A DNA stretch of 64,000 bases from Eledone cirrhosa (GCA_964016885.1 OZ024741.1:291400001-291464000); one strand, 5' to 3'; counted from the stretch's first letter, positions 1 through 13,969 are shown. Notes: generated from the sequence alone by a model not told the origin. Made by a program: numbers and translations.

Positions 1-61
1 AAAGAGTAAGGACCCCGACGGCTGAGCTCCAGCCGTTTCAACAACTAGATCTGACTCTTTT

Positions 62-63
<2 letters not shown>
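1..63 (-). repeat. Terminal fragment of a dispersed repeat carrying the 3' half of a hammerhead fold (pseudo-LTR-like; family J)
   Basis: Minus strand reads GAAA-CGGCT-ggagctc-AGCCG-TC (stem III plus GUC triplet); same sequence recurs at ~4867-4920 and its end (cctgactcttttccta) at ~3434-3457; abuts (TA)n. Confidence 0.5.
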
Positions 64-115
<52 letters not shown>

Positions 116-156
116 ATATACATATATATGTATATATATATGTGTGTGTGTGTGAA

Positions 157-385
157 TGTAGCAATATCTGTAGATGTGAAAAGGAAAAAGAAAAATAGTA
201 CTCAATCGTGAAGATTTCAAGGTCCAAATTTGACAATACCTCCAGAAATCAAAGGGTATCAAAATAGTGACCTTTCTTCGGGAGCTAATACGAGTTTATT
301 TAAACTCGTATGGTCAAATTTGGACCTTGAAATATTGGGTACCGCTTTTGCTCCGTGCATGAGCATAAATACATAATATAATATA
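157..385. repeat. Small fold-back element (family F), related to 40260-40495
   Basis: atttcaaggtccaaatttgac (~214-234) is inverted as gtcaaatttggaccttgaaat (~313-333); both halves and the flank tagcaatatctgtagatgtgaaaaggaaaaag recur at 40260-40495. Confidence 0.7.
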
Positions 386-470
386 TATATTGACCTTCGC
401 AGGGATAGTCCCTTGATAATGTGTTTTTAAACCCGAAAATATTTGGGATGATTAAATTTGCAAATTTAAG

Positions 471-544
471 GTTCTATCGTTATCTTGGCACTTTTCATTT
501 TCTAATGCACTAGAAAGTTAAAGGTACCAAGATAACGACAGAAC
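471..544. repeat. Short imperfect palindrome/hairpin
   Basis: gttctatcgttatcttgg...ccaagataacgacagaac arms, ~30 bp each with short loop. Confidence 0.7.
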
Positions 545-756
545 ATTACCTTACAGACCATGCTAATTAGGATTCAACTAGGATGGACATTATACAAAAT
601 ACCTCTATATATGTTGAGTAGCGAGAGTCTGACTGAGCTTCAAACCACATGGTGCCCATAAATGTTTGATGACGAGGGCAGATATAAATAGGACTGGACG
701 TCTCATTACTAGAAAGAGCAGCAAGGTATCAGTAACAGTTGAATCAGTTCGACAAA

Positions 757-1250
757 TTAATAAATCTAGAGCAGCTGACATAATTTTAAGGCATCAAAAT
801 ATATTATGATAACCGTGTTTCTCTTTAAATAAGCCCATTGGACCTTAATTCAGAGCATCAATAATTTAAATTCAAAGGATATATTTAAAGTGAGAGAAAG
901 TGTCATATATCGTTTGATAAACTCATTGTATGTTGTACAACTTAAGTTATCATACATATTATATAAGTTTTGGTGCCTAAATATTGAATATATCTTCTCC
1001 AAATTTATTAATGCCATCGTAATTAAACATTTATCGGCATCATGAGGTTTGAAGATCATTTTGACATTCTTGTCTTTAGTTGGCTCTTACCGGAATCGAT
1101 AATTTGCAATCGATAATCGATTACTTGGATCGATTTCCTCTTTGGAGCTGTGAAACAGTACTGTCAGGAATATTGCTTTTTCCACCTTAAATATGTATAT
1201 TTTTTCCTGAGAATTATTTGTATTAAATATGTGTACAAAATACTGGGTTT
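757..1250 (-). pseudogene. Possible highly decayed Penelope-like RT N-terminal fragment with partial inverted duplication
   Basis: Minus ORF 850..1059 begins IFKPHDADKC, resembling the PLE I-x-K-P-ADKG motif; ~757-813 is a diverged inverted copy of ~945-1012. Confidence 0.3.
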
Positions 1251-1308
1251 CTCAAACGATATATGACTCTTTCTCTCTCTCTAAATATAACTTTAGAATT
1301 TCAATTAT

Positions 1309-1378
<70 letters not shown>

Positions 1379-2399
1379 GTGCGTTCACATGTTTGTGAAC
1401 ACACGTGTGTTTGTTTGTGTGTATGTGTTTATATATGTGTGTACATATATGTGTATATTTATGTGTAAATATGATGGAGGGGGCGTGCCGGCATGTGTAT
1501 GTGTGATTTTGCGTTTATGTGAGTTTGTTTGTGTGTGGGCTTGTTGACGCTTGATGGGTGGTTTGGACTTTGCTTATGTAAAATAGTAATGAAATGATAG
1601 GCCTATATTTACCACACTGTAGGTCTCATATGTTTTCGTGATTAAGTCTAGCGTGACAAGGAGGAAGTCCACCGTTGACACATTCCCTTAAATTTCGCTT
1701 AAATTCAAGCTGAATCAATTTAAAGTCTTCTCAGTATGTCAGCTGTATATACTATCATACATCTCGATATCACATAGTAAAGTTCCACATTAATAATGAG
1801 GACATCATGTATATTTTCTAATGTAGTGATTCACAAAAGCAAGCTTCGTTTTAGGTGCGTGCTCCTCAGTTTTGTCGGCGTTCTCTTTGCAACCACGTGT
1901 TTTGAATTTAGTTCCTACCTTCTTTTTTCTATCGTTTACTCGAGAGATCTGTATAGTGCTCGTAGCAGATATTCAGACACTCTATGACTAAAGTAATGGC
2001 CTCAAACCAGACATCTTGTCTAAACGCTTGCAACAAAATAGACCTCACGAAAGGACCTTTAGAAACGGATCCGTCGCTAGGCTTTGGGGCTCGGAGGAGT
2101 GAGGATAGGGTTTCTAAACATTCTAATTCAAGAAACGTAATTCAGAATGTTTTTCTATAAACAGTATTTTCTAAATCTGATGGTGAACCATTAAAAGTAG
2201 GGAGAGGGCAATGCCTATCATTCGTGATGGGCTCGCGTAGGAATATGTGTGGATGTTATACTGGGCGAACTGTGCGTGAGACTTTTTGCTTGAAGTGCCT
2301 TCATCCTTGATAAAATCGTTTCGCGTAAAATTTAGTTACAAGGACTGCTACTGTTCTTTCGATGGTTTAATAATCATAACCTAAATAGTTATTGTCTCT

Positions 2400-2830
2400 A
2401 GTGGTGTCTGATTAGTTGCACCCATTTTGATGCAGTCCTCCGATACGAGGATAGCTTTCTTCCGTCTTCACTCCATTCACAAATGCCCAAAAGGATGTTA
2501 ACGTGCTGCACTTCCTCTACTGAATAAGCTACTGAAAGAAATATCTTCAGTACTCACACCGTGGGAGCACTAATAGAGAGAATATGTATGTCATGAGAAA
2601 TATATTCTAAAGTCTTGAAAGCCCGAGGTATTAGAATAATCTTCCATTAATGACATGCAAACTTGTTCTAGTCTGTGTCCTTTTGTTAATGTCGTAGACC
2701 ACCAATCGAAAGGTCCTATGGGTTGCCAAAATATTCAGCCTCACAATCATTGATGATTGCTAAGGAAGATAACTCAGCGATAATGTTGAATATGGATCCA
2801 AAATATTAGTATTCCACTTTAGGGCCAAGT
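2400..2830 (-). pseudogene. Possible decayed APE-endonuclease region of an L1/Tx1-like LINE
   Basis: Only short minus-strand peptide hints (GPKVE, TFRLVVY, FKTLEY) in a higher-complexity stretch; no continuous frame. Confidence 0.2.
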
Positions 2831-3239
2831 ATACAGCAGTCATGGTGTGTAACCGAAGTTTTAGAGAACTTAAGATGAACATTGGAGTGTTACCTGGTTT
2901 AGATAGGATATAATCACTATGTTACACCCTCTTCTGAAATACAATGGTGGTCATACCTAAGGAACACGGATGTGCTCCTGGTGGCGCAGTAGAAATTCGG
3001 ATGTAACTGTTGAAAACATGATAATGATAATAACATAAAATAAATATAAAACAAAAAAAACAAACAATCTTTATATAAAGAGCAACAACAAAAATAGAAG
3101 CAATAACAACAACAACAGCAGGGTGTTTACTGTATAATGTCTAAAAATAAACAAAACAAGTTATGAAGAATTCGATGAATGCATAACAACGCCCGAAACG
3201 TGGGTAAAGCAATATATGTATATATATATATATATATGT

Positions 3240-3317
<78 letters not shown>

Positions 3318-3327
3318 GTATATATAT

Positions 3328-3405
<78 letters not shown>

Positions 3406-3492
3406 CATATGTATATATATATATATTTGTTTCGTCCGGGTCCTGACTCTTTTCCTATATATACATATACACTATACACTTTTCTTATATAT

Positions 3493-3546
<54 letters not shown>

Positions 3547-3613
3547 ATATATATATATATATATAATAAATTAAAATAAATAAATCAAATATTTAAAATT
3601 TGGCTTCGTTTAT

Positions 3614-3667
3614 TACTGCTATATATATTGCGGTGACAGCCATTTTTGGCTGTGACCTCTTCAGGCA
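3614..3667 (-). ncRNA. Type I hammerhead ribozyme, mutated copy (GAAA->GCAA, stem I shortened)
   Basis: Minus: tgc-CTGAAGA-ggtcacagc-caaaaatg-gctgtcacc-GCAA-tatata-TA-gcagta. Confidence 0.7.
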
Positions 3668-3788
3668 ATCCGAATTAGTGTCATATCATTCCAGTTCCTC
3701 AGTGAAATAAAAACCCAACCAGGAACTGGGCATATCGGAGTATTGACAAAGTTATACACTTCAACAACATGTGTACTCGTCTCTACCA

Positions 3789-3845
3789 TACTGCCTGAAG
3801 AGGTCACAGCGAAAGATGGCTGTCACCGAAATATATATAGCAGTA
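3789..3845 (+). ncRNA. Type I hammerhead ribozyme, intact core
   Basis: tactgc-CTGAAGA-ggtcacagc-gaaagatg-gctgtcacc-GAAA-tatata-TA-gcagta: 6-bp stem I, 8/9-bp stem II, palindromic minimal stem III, AUA cleavage triplet. Confidence 0.9.
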
Positions 3846-3991
3846 ATAAACGAAGCCAAATTTTAAATATTTGACTTATTTATTTTAATTTATTTTACAT
3901 TACTCCTGAGTAACCACACCAACCTGCGCCTTTCGTCGAGTGGTCCCTTCTGCATACTGAGGTGTTGGTCAACAACCAACATATACTCAAA

Positions 3992-4128
<137 letters not shown>

Positions 4129-4136
4129 CGTGTAAA

Positions 4137-4652
<516 letters not shown>

Positions 4653-4789
4653 TGTCTGTTTTCATAAGCGTGAAAAGTCAGCACGGAAAAGCAACACTGT
4701 AGAACAATACAGTAGAATGAAGAAAAATAAATATGTGTATATACACACACACATACACACACACACACTCACACATATATATATAACAA

Positions 4790-4920
4790 AGAAAGTGTGG
4801 TAAGAAACCAGGTGGACCTTAACACACCAGAGTACTCGATACTAAGGATAGTAGACTGGGTAATAGGAAAAAAGTCAGGAGTCCGACGGCTGAGCTCCGG
4901 CCGTTTCGACAGCTAGATCC
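4790..4920 (-). repeat. Dispersed repeat (family J) with 3' half of a hammerhead; related to 1-63 and 25895-25976
   Basis: gtgtggtaagaaaccaggtggacc...cagagtactcgatact shared with 25907-25960; minus strand GAAA-CGGC...GCCG-TC. Confidence 0.55.
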
Positions 4921-5464
4921 GTGTGTGTCTCTGTGTGTGTGTGTGTGTGTATATGGATGAATATTAAATATGAGCGAAGACAGGAAAAATGAACGAATAT
5001 AAATAGTGTTATATCATCAGTCGAGTACGGGATAAACGTTATTTTCAGTTTTAAAATCCATATAACTGGCTCTAGTGCAGAAGAGAGAGAGAGTCACAAA
5101 ATGACAAAGGACAAGATGGTTGTCTTAACAATTATTTACAAATAAGGCACAGAGATAAACATATGTGTGTGTGTCTGTGCGTGAGTGTGTGTGTGGGGGG
5201 GGGGGTCTATGTGTGTGTGTCTGTCTATGTACAGCGTCTTACGTTAAGATGCTGTCGGAGCCTGGGAAGTTGGGTGTTGCCTCGGCATGCTTGTGTAAGC
5301 CATCGTAATATTCAGCGCTCATGATGGGGTATCACTGCATCTTTATAATGAAGGGAGAAGGATTGCTAAAGCTGGTTATACTCGATAGCGAGTGTACAGT
5401 TATGACAGACACACTTCCTCATACATTTACGTATATATTGGTGTGTATGCGTGTGTGAGCATAT

Positions 5465-5502
<38 letters not shown>

Positions 5503-5569
5503 ATGTGTGAGCGCGTGTGTGTGTGTTAGCTTGTTTGTGTGTGTGAGAGAGACAGAGAGAAAGAGAGAA

Positions 5570-5730
5570 TATGGACTAATGTTAAAGAAGCTCTTTTCGC
5601 AATCATAACGTCTCGAATTCGATCCTAATGCGTGGCCACTTGTGCAATTGTCACTTACCTTCGACTCAGGTCAACTAAAGATTTGTTAGTGACACTTTGT
5701 ACACTGCTACTTTATGAAAGACCGGTGCAT
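5570..5730 (+). mobile_element. Diverged tRNA-derived SINE (second family)
   Basis: A/B-box-like tggactaatgtta...gaattcgatcc followed by cacttgtgcaattgtc; homologous to minus-strand copy at 26110-26263. Confidence 0.45.
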
Positions 5731-6404
5731 AGACTATAACTGTAATATAGAGTCTAATCCTAACACGCACCATCACACACTAGATCTTTCTGAGAATTAC
5801 GCCCTTTGGCATTTAAACGGGCCGTATCCAGCCAGAATTCTCTCACCTCTTTCTGTTCCAACCGGCCATAACCGGCCACTCATACTGATGTTAAGGTATT
5901 GTTCTCAAAATAAAGAGTATCAAAATCTCATAGATTCGATATTATGTGAGATAATTTGGGAGGTAAAGACGTTACCACGAAAATATAATAGTAAATATAG
6001 AGTAATGTAAATACTAAATGGTTAAGAGTTAATGGATCATGGAATGTTCAGCCACTTACGAATGAATAAGCTATTCCGTCGTTCAAACAACTGAAACACT
6101 TATCTTCGAGACCGGTGGTGGATTATTTTGTGTGTATTTATGTAAATGTGAGTGTGTATGAGTATGTATTTATTTGTGTATGTGTGTGTGTGCGCGTGCG
6201 TGTTTATGTGTGTGTATTTGTGAGTACAGAATAAAATTGTTTATAATGAAAAGAATATAATAGATATGAAACAAAAAATATTATAACAGAAAAAACATGC
6301 TGCAAATAAATTGTTGAGAATGAGTCAAACATTAGCTATGATTGCATCACCATAACCACTGCTACATACTTATCTATTTCTTTATATATAACCATCCCAT
6401 TATA

Positions 6405-7325
6405 TAAATCTGACCAGCTGACTTTGAGAATCTAATATTTAGTTAGCCCAATCGGAATCTGATCGCTGGAAATCAAAAATCTAATATACTCTAAACGCCT
6501 TCTTCCCTAGGCATAGGTACATTAAATCTCCGACGTCTGGCAACTGACTTCGTAGACACCCACAAAATGATTAACCATCTTGCCAACAACAACACTGAGC
6601 ACATTTTTGAATTCCATGTGTCTAACACACGTGGACGTGCTTACGAAATCAGAAAACAGCGCAGCTCCCATGACTTTCGGAAACATTCTTTAACGCCCAG
6701 AGTTGCTGAAGCATGGAACAAACTACCTGCATCAGTTGTTGGCCGTTGCATCCTTCAAAACTTCCATGCTTCCCGAAATTCGCCAACACTACACCTGATA
6801 TTCCCCCTCCATACACACGCACGCATGTATCTGTGTGTATATCATGGCTCATATACTGTTCACTTTCCTGACATTTGTACATTATTCTATGTACTATGCA
6901 TGCACCTTTAATGAGTTGTAGTGCATCTGAGCAGTGTACACAATAATTTTCAGTATTATTAACTGCATCTGAAATCTGCGTTACCTGAAATCAGGATTTT
7001 ATTATCTAATTCGATTCGAAAGTCAAATACCTGAAAACCAGAATCTAATATCTAACTGACGCAAAATTTGGTCATCTAAAATCAGGAATCGATCACCTGA
7101 AATCCGAAATATAATATCTAAATTGATCCGGAATCCGGCTTCATTACCTCTGGAATCTAATTGCAAGGCCAATAAAAAATCCCCGACTTCAGAATTTCAC
7201 ATCTAACCTTATCCCAAACCTGATCATCTGAAAGCCGGAATTCGAATCATTGAAGACTGAAAGCAAATATTTAATCCGATCTAGTAACAGACCACTAGAT
7301 ATTCAGAAACTAATATCTAGGAAAA
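6405..7325. repeat. Degenerate ~45-55 bp minisatellite (acctgaaatc...aatctaatatctaa) interrupted by a CR1 fragment
   Basis: Recurring gaaatc/gaatctaatatcta units at 6405-6490 and 6965-7325. Confidence 0.6.
6490..6960 (+). mobile_element. CR1/L2-group LINE 3' fragment
   Basis: ORF 6567..: NTRGRAYEIRKQRSSHDFRKHSLTPRVAEAWNKLPASVV matches the TRGH..K.....R..FF..RV...WN.LP C-terminus of CR1-like ORF2; ends in an attatt tail. Confidence 0.75.
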
Positions 7326-7669
7326 CATCCTACATAATATTGTTTTGCTTTGTCCAAAACAGTTTAATAAGCTGAGCCCTTTCATGACATGGACTTAGTC
7401 ATAAATACGCATGCATGTATTTCTGACCTTTTCATTAACATACTTCTAATGAAAAACTGTGATTTTCAAAATCTTTTGAAAATAGTCAAGAATATGTAAG
7501 AATGTAGTAATCACCAACAATCTCATAATTACTTTGGAGTAATGTACTCCATAGTGTGTATAGCATGGAGGTCAGGTAATCGCACTAATTAAACCCGTTA
7601 CTTATCTGAATTGAGAATTCTTAGTTTCTATACTATAGTGAGTATATCTAAGGAAATAATTGTTGGACA

Positions 7670-7869
7670 AATTTTACGGACAGAGCCCAGCAGAAGACCC
7701 AGATGTAGATAACACGGAAGATCGTTGGATAACATCCATGAGCTCAGTTGGTCTTCCTTGGGGATCCAGTCGGATCATTTGGGGACGTGGTTTCTGAGAG
7801 GACCCACTGAGGTGTGTCTATGGACTCTGTCTCCACACCACGACTCTCCCAGGAATAAGTGGGCGAATA

Positions 7870-7870
<1 letters not shown>
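7670..7870 (+). mobile_element. RTE-like LINE extreme 3' end
   Basis: Decayed RRPR.R...R.LDNI motif (agaagacccagatgtaga...ttggataacatc) typical of RTE ORF C-termini, ending directly at (TA)n. Confidence 0.5.
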
Positions 7871-7900
<30 letters not shown>

Positions 7901-8014
7901 TACCTCTGTGTGCGTGTGTGTGTATATTTCAGATGCTTCGCACATAATTTAACATGCATATATATATATAAACATGCATAAATATAAATGTAAATATGTA
8001 TACATACACACACC

Positions 8015-8050
<36 letters not shown>

Positions 8051-8893
8051 GTGGCTGCCAACTCGTTTTCGAGTACGGCCACTACTTTATATCCATGTAG
8101 GAGAACCCCTATCGATGCGCTGAACGAGTGTGACTTTTTAGTCCACCCAGCGACTTGAAAACTCTAGTACAAACACTACACTTGTGACAATTATTGACAC
8201 ATAGTGCTGGGCCCATGGTACCATGTGACGACAAGTGCAGAGAGATCTCCAGATATAAGGCAATGTCTGTGCCGTGAAGCTTTTATAGTGAGCAAAGGCA
8301 TTGCACAAAGCCTGTCCCACTCTCTTAACCAAGATGATATTTACCAAAAAGATATTTACCAAAAAGAAGAACAAGTTAACATCATTGGATACCATCAGGG
8401 TTGGATACCATCAGGGTTGTATAAATACATACACACACATATATACATACATAAACGTATACATAAATATATGCATACTTACATACACACATACATGCAT
8501 ACATGAGGCGGTATATTTATAAAGCATGCGTTTATGTGCACCTGCATGTATGTTTGTAAGGCAACTATCGAGATAACGAAATAAATCTTAGAAATGAGAA
8601 ACAAGAATTGATGTAATAAAATATAATAAGACCAACCAAATAACTAGTGTGATTAGTTAACATAAAATTAGAAGATAAAGCAGCAATCTGTCAGTGGGAC
8701 TGAGAGGAGAGGCGAGAAAGCATTGACACATAAAAAGCAATAAATACTCATATGTATATCCCGCCTTCTCTTTATCTCTCCCTCTCTCCTGCTCTGTCTC
8801 TCTCTCTCTCTCTCCCCCCTATCTCCCTCTCTCCCTCTCTCTCTCTCTCTTTCTCTCTTTATATATATATATATATATGTACAGATGTCCAAA

Positions 8894-9030
<137 letters not shown>

Positions 9031-9082
9031 ATATTCATTTATAGAGAGAATTATGTATAATCTGTGTATATAGAAATGTAGG

Positions 9083-9134
<52 letters not shown>

Positions 9135-9160
9135 ATACGCACACATATATAGATACATAT

Positions 9161-9213
<53 letters not shown>

Positions 9214-9459
9214 CAGCAACACATTCCGCCCAGCCTTTATCATCTACCGTAGGCCAGATTACCTAACTGAACTGCAAATGTTTCATGCTGTAGTTTTCTT
9301 TTATGTGTGTGCGAGCGTATATATATTTATATACATACCCGTAGATATGTGGCTTTTGTTCTTTCTGTCGACTGGTGCCACGTGTGAATTCTATAATCGG
9401 TACTGGCCGAACTTTGGTGTAGAATCACTGAGGAAATTGCTAAGATCTTTGGCATGCGT

Positions 9460-9515
<56 letters not shown>

Positions 9516-9718
9516 TGTGTGCGTGTGTGTGTGGTAGTGTATATTTTTCGTCTGTTTGTTATTTTTTGTCTCTTCACTTTTTGGGGGGATTGTTTTTATA
9601 TTGTTTCCATCATAGTTATTTTTCACTGATATTTTTTTTTAAAGATAATTATGTAGAAGTTCGGCGCTTCAATTATACACCCATGGGTACAATGAACGTA
9701 CTAACAGTATATATATAT

Positions 9719-9827
<109 letters not shown>

Positions 9828-9914
9828 TATATATACATATATTTATGTGTGTGTGTGTGCATATTTCCCGCCCACGTACATTTCTATGTATTCATGTATG
9901 TAGGTATGTATGTA

Positions 9915-9984
<70 letters not shown>

Positions 9985-10095
9985 CATATATATATATAGT
10001 GGTAGAACACTGGAAGGTAATATCCGTAGTGGTAGAGCACTCAGTCCATGGGACGAGTTAGGTAGAAGTGGTTACACAACAGTTAGTTCACCATA

Positions 10096-10131
10096 CCGGG
10101 AACAATTGTTTCACCTTAGCGGATCCTCAGC
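10096..10131 (-). ncRNA. Type I hammerhead core (family C), 5' stem I strand lost at the microsatellite junction
   Basis: Minus: g-CTGAGGA-t-cc-gctaa-gg-t-GAAA-caattg-TT-cccgg; palindromic stem III, GUU triplet; lies in a ~135-bp unique island (9997-10132) between TA-rich tracts. Confidence 0.7.
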
Positions 10132-10982
10132 TATATGCATATATACATACATACTTATATGCATATACATGTGTATGTATATAAAAATGTTCGTGTGGGT
10201 GTCTATCTCTGTGTTTTCTTGTTTATTTTCCGTTGTGGTTGTAGAAATGTCGAAATGTTTCTCAAGAAAAGTAATTCTGGGTTTGTATTGATGATTCAAT
10301 ATCATCTAAATATTTTACCATCATGTTTACTCTATTTAGCTGCAAGTAGTATTGGAATATGTATTTAATCTACTTTGCTTAATAGACCATTTGTGTTGAT
10401 AATAGACGTATTTTGTTGTTTTTATTGTTTGTAGTGACGATGTTGATAATGATGATGAGGATGTTCTTTAAGTTGATGATAATGATGTTTATTTTTTCTA
10501 TGTAGAACTGAACCACAAACGTCAACTGTGAAATATAATGTCTCTCCGTGAGACTTAAAAAATTTACATCTGTAAAAATGAAAAAAAGTGTGCTTAGAAA
10601 GAGTAACTCTGATTATTTGGTTAGGTATAGTGAAATACTTTATTTTGTCTGTCTTCAAGAGGATCCTGAAGGATTTCAACACAAAATGGAAAAAATATGC
10701 AACTAAATATTACAATCTATTTCATTCGTCATTCTACCAATTCTATCTACCAAGAAACATGTGGTTAAAAACATAGATAGACAAATAAATACATACATAT
10801 ATCAATAATTTTATATTACATTTATTTGAATCAGAGGTTCTGAAAGTGGGAGCAACCCCTCCTCCAATCCTCGAGAGGTATTGTGAAGGTCCAGGGACCG
10901 CTAGAGATGATATAATAGTATATTAAATACCAAATGATACATATTATATGTAAATATAGTAAAATAAAAAATATATGATGTT

Positions 10983-11165
10983 TTGGCAGCATCGGTAGAG
11001 CATCAGACACCAAGCTTTACAGCATAGAGTTATGGCTCTTTGCGTTCTGAGTTCAATTCCCGCCGAGGTTAACTTTGCCTTTCATCCTTACGGGGTCGAT
11101 AAAATAAATTATCAGTAATGCACTGGGATAATTGCTGGCCTTGTGCCCAAAGTAGAAACAATTAC
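10983..11165 (+). mobile_element. tRNA-derived SINE, major family
   Basis: A box tggcagcatcggtag, B box gagttcaattcc, conserved core gcctttcatccttacggggtcgataaaat, 3' end gtagaaacaatta. Confidence 0.9.
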
Positions 11166-11805
11166 TTACTATATATAAATTAACGATTTTATTTATTATA
11201 TATTTTATTTACAATTTGCGTGAAGGCAAGTCTCTCTGGAAATAGGGGTGGGAGACGTTGAGGGTATTACGTGGCCGTGAAGGGGTGGTGGCCCAAAAAG
11301 TTTGAGAATTTCTGATTTAAATCAATTACAATAATATTCTTTCATATTTAATTTAATTATTATCAAACTTGATTTGATTATAAACATTTTTGTTTACATT
11401 TCATCCTAAATTCGCACATCCAAAATTCATGCAGATACATTGAAAATTAGTCAAGAAATGGTCATGTATGTGTGACCAAGGCGGTCGCCTAGATGACCTT
11501 AATGGTAGCGTCAACTCTGCCTGTAAATCTTTTAGTATTTATCTTTCGGTAAAAAAGTATGAAGACATTTTGAAAAGTGAAATGTGTCAATGATTTCAGT
11601 ATAGAGTTTACCTACAAATTATGAAGACATTAAATTGGTGTCAACGTGTTTTGTTTTCATTATTTAACCGTCGTTGAGACTCTGTTTTCATTATGTTCTT
11701 CCTTGTGTATATGTGTATGCATATATGTATATGTGTGTGAATATGTGTTATACGTGTATGTATGTAATTATGTATGTATATGGACGATGTATATATGTAT
11801 GAATG

Positions 11806-11882
<77 letters not shown>

Positions 11883-12213
11883 GTGAGTGTGTGAGCTTGT
11901 GTGTGTGTGTGTGCGTCTGTGTTTGTCTTGTATTCGGGTGTGGGTGTTGTATATGTGTTTATTGTCTGGTCTACCATCATTGTCGTTGAGAGCGCTGACA
12001 TTGTCTTATCGTTGTTTACAATATCGGTGAGGAGATGGTAAAGAAGGAGAAAACAGAAGAGAGGACAGACAGAGAGTAGAAAGATAACAGTAATATGTAT
12101 TAGCTTTGACATGAATGTTTTAGTAGCCAGTAGTTGAAGCAATGTTGATCAAAGTGAGACATTTCTGAGATTTGAGTCGGGGTTCGAAACTAATTCATTC
12201 TACTTTATATTAT

Positions 12214-12592
12214 AGTGGATTAGCAGTATCGGTTGAGAGTCGGACACCATGCTTTGCAGCATAGTTAGGCCCCTTTATGGTCTAAGTTCAAATCCCGCTG
12301 AGGTTAACATTGCCTATCATCCTTACGTGCTCGATAAAATAAAGTACCAGTAATGCACTGAGGGAATTGCTGGCCTTGTGCCAAAAGTAAAAACAATTAT
12401 TAATAATTAGAAGAGTAGTGGATTGGGAGTATCGGTAGAGCATCAGACACCATGTTTTGCACAATAGTGTTATGGCCTTTTATGTTCTGCGTTCAAATCC
12501 TGCAGAGGTTACCTTTGCCTTTCATCCTTACGGGGTCCATAAAATAAAGCACCAGTAATACACTGGGGTAATTGCTAGTAGAAACAATTATT
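12214..12592 (+). mobile_element. Two tandem copies of the major SINE
   Basis: Full head-core-tail units at ~12214-12405 and ~12418-12592. Confidence 0.9.
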
Positions 12593-12814
12593 AATAATCA
12601 GAAAGAAATTCATGAACGACACAATCTACTCTAGTTGTTTTTCTAAATTCATTTAAAATTACTTTTCTAATAATCTCTTCTTGGTGTAAGAAGGTAAGAT
12701 ATGATTTTAGGGTGATTTGGCTGTTATTTCTTTGATGCTTAACCCAAGGACAATCCTGACCAGCCATTTCTGAGATCAAATACAAATACGTTTTAGTTAC
12801 GGTCATCACATTTA

Positions 12815-13254
12815 TTTGTATATTAGTGGGACGTAACTCTTACTTCGAGCATGTTTTCGACAATATAAATTACCTCATATTCAAGCCTGATGAAGCCCCT
12901 CCTCCTTTTGCACGCGCTTTCCGTGAGTGGTTTCAAAGTCCACAGGAATAACCAACAAGAAATCTTGATTTAACACGATACGATTTTTCTTGTGGCATCG
13001 GGTGAACGAAGAAATTTATAGATCAAAACTACAAACTCCGACTCAATTGGGGTCTTGTACGTACCAACATATTACCTGAGTTCCTGAGGAAGTAAGCTGT
13101 GGATATACACAAACGATTATATATACTGGTACCTATGTCGAATTTTAACACCGTACTGTACTTCGACCATTAGATTGTTCCAAATAAAGCGTTTTATGAA
13201 TATCGACCAATAAAGTTAACAATTTTGAATTGAGAGTTAATCCAACCCTCTGTA
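12815..13254 (+). mobile_element. Tc1/mariner-superfamily transposase relic with probable right TIR
   Basis: Translates IFKPDEAPPPFARAFREWF (cf. FQQDGAPPH..R.VREWL) and PTRNLDLTRYDF/LW.RVNEEIYRSK (cf. WPPRSPDLTPCDFFLWG..K..VY); ends ...ccaaccctctgta, like a TACAG-type TIR. Confidence 0.65.
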
Positions 13255-13257
13255 TTT

Positions 13258-13363
<106 letters not shown>

Positions 13364-13969
13364 ATATGCAGCGAGAAAGACAGGCAGACATGTAGACAGA
13401 CTGACGGATTTATAGATTCAGAGACTCAAGAAAAAGATGAAAGAGATTAAAATGTTAATAGATCATAAAATATAAAACTGCACCTTTGAAAAAAAATGTG
13501 AATGTGAAGGTGCAAAGGAAAGAGAATAAAATAAAGAAAATATTTCACAAAATTCACAAAAAAATAACAAATAAATAAATAAACAAACAAACAATTAAAT
13601 AATTTTGATGCGGAATTGGAAAACAAATGGAGAAGAAAAATAGAGAATGAGAAAACAATTTTTGAAAAATATCTTTTATGTATCCGTTAAAATATATATA
13701 TGCTTAACTCTTTTGATACTAAATCGCATGAAACCGTTTCTAGTTCGAAGCTATAAAACCATTTGTTTTAGAATAGTTATATTTATCTAAAAACTTTCCA
13801 TTAAAAGTTTATGCATAAACAAAGATAACAAACATAATAATGAAGAATTTAGATATATTCGACTATTTTATAGTTAATATATGAATTATGGCAGCTTTTC
13901 ACAACAAAAGCAAATAAATTTCAAATTTTCAAACATGTTCAATTTCTTCATAGATCTATCAGTATATAA

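Larger units (their letters stand above)
3564..3894. mobile_element. Fold-back non-autonomous PLE-like element (family A): ~104-bp inverted arms, ~124-bp spacer, HHR in each arm
   Basis: 3564-3667 is the near-exact reverse complement of 3792-3894; flanked by (TA)n on the left and, after a ~95-bp tail, on the right. Confidence 0.8.

Noticed and set aside
3165-3212. TCGATGA...GAAAC..GTA hammerhead-like string
   Set aside because: Stems I and II pair poorly; at best a very decayed copy.
12887-12945. CTGATGA suggesting a hammerhead
   Set aside because: No GAAA or closing stems; explained by the PDEAPP codons of the transposase relic.
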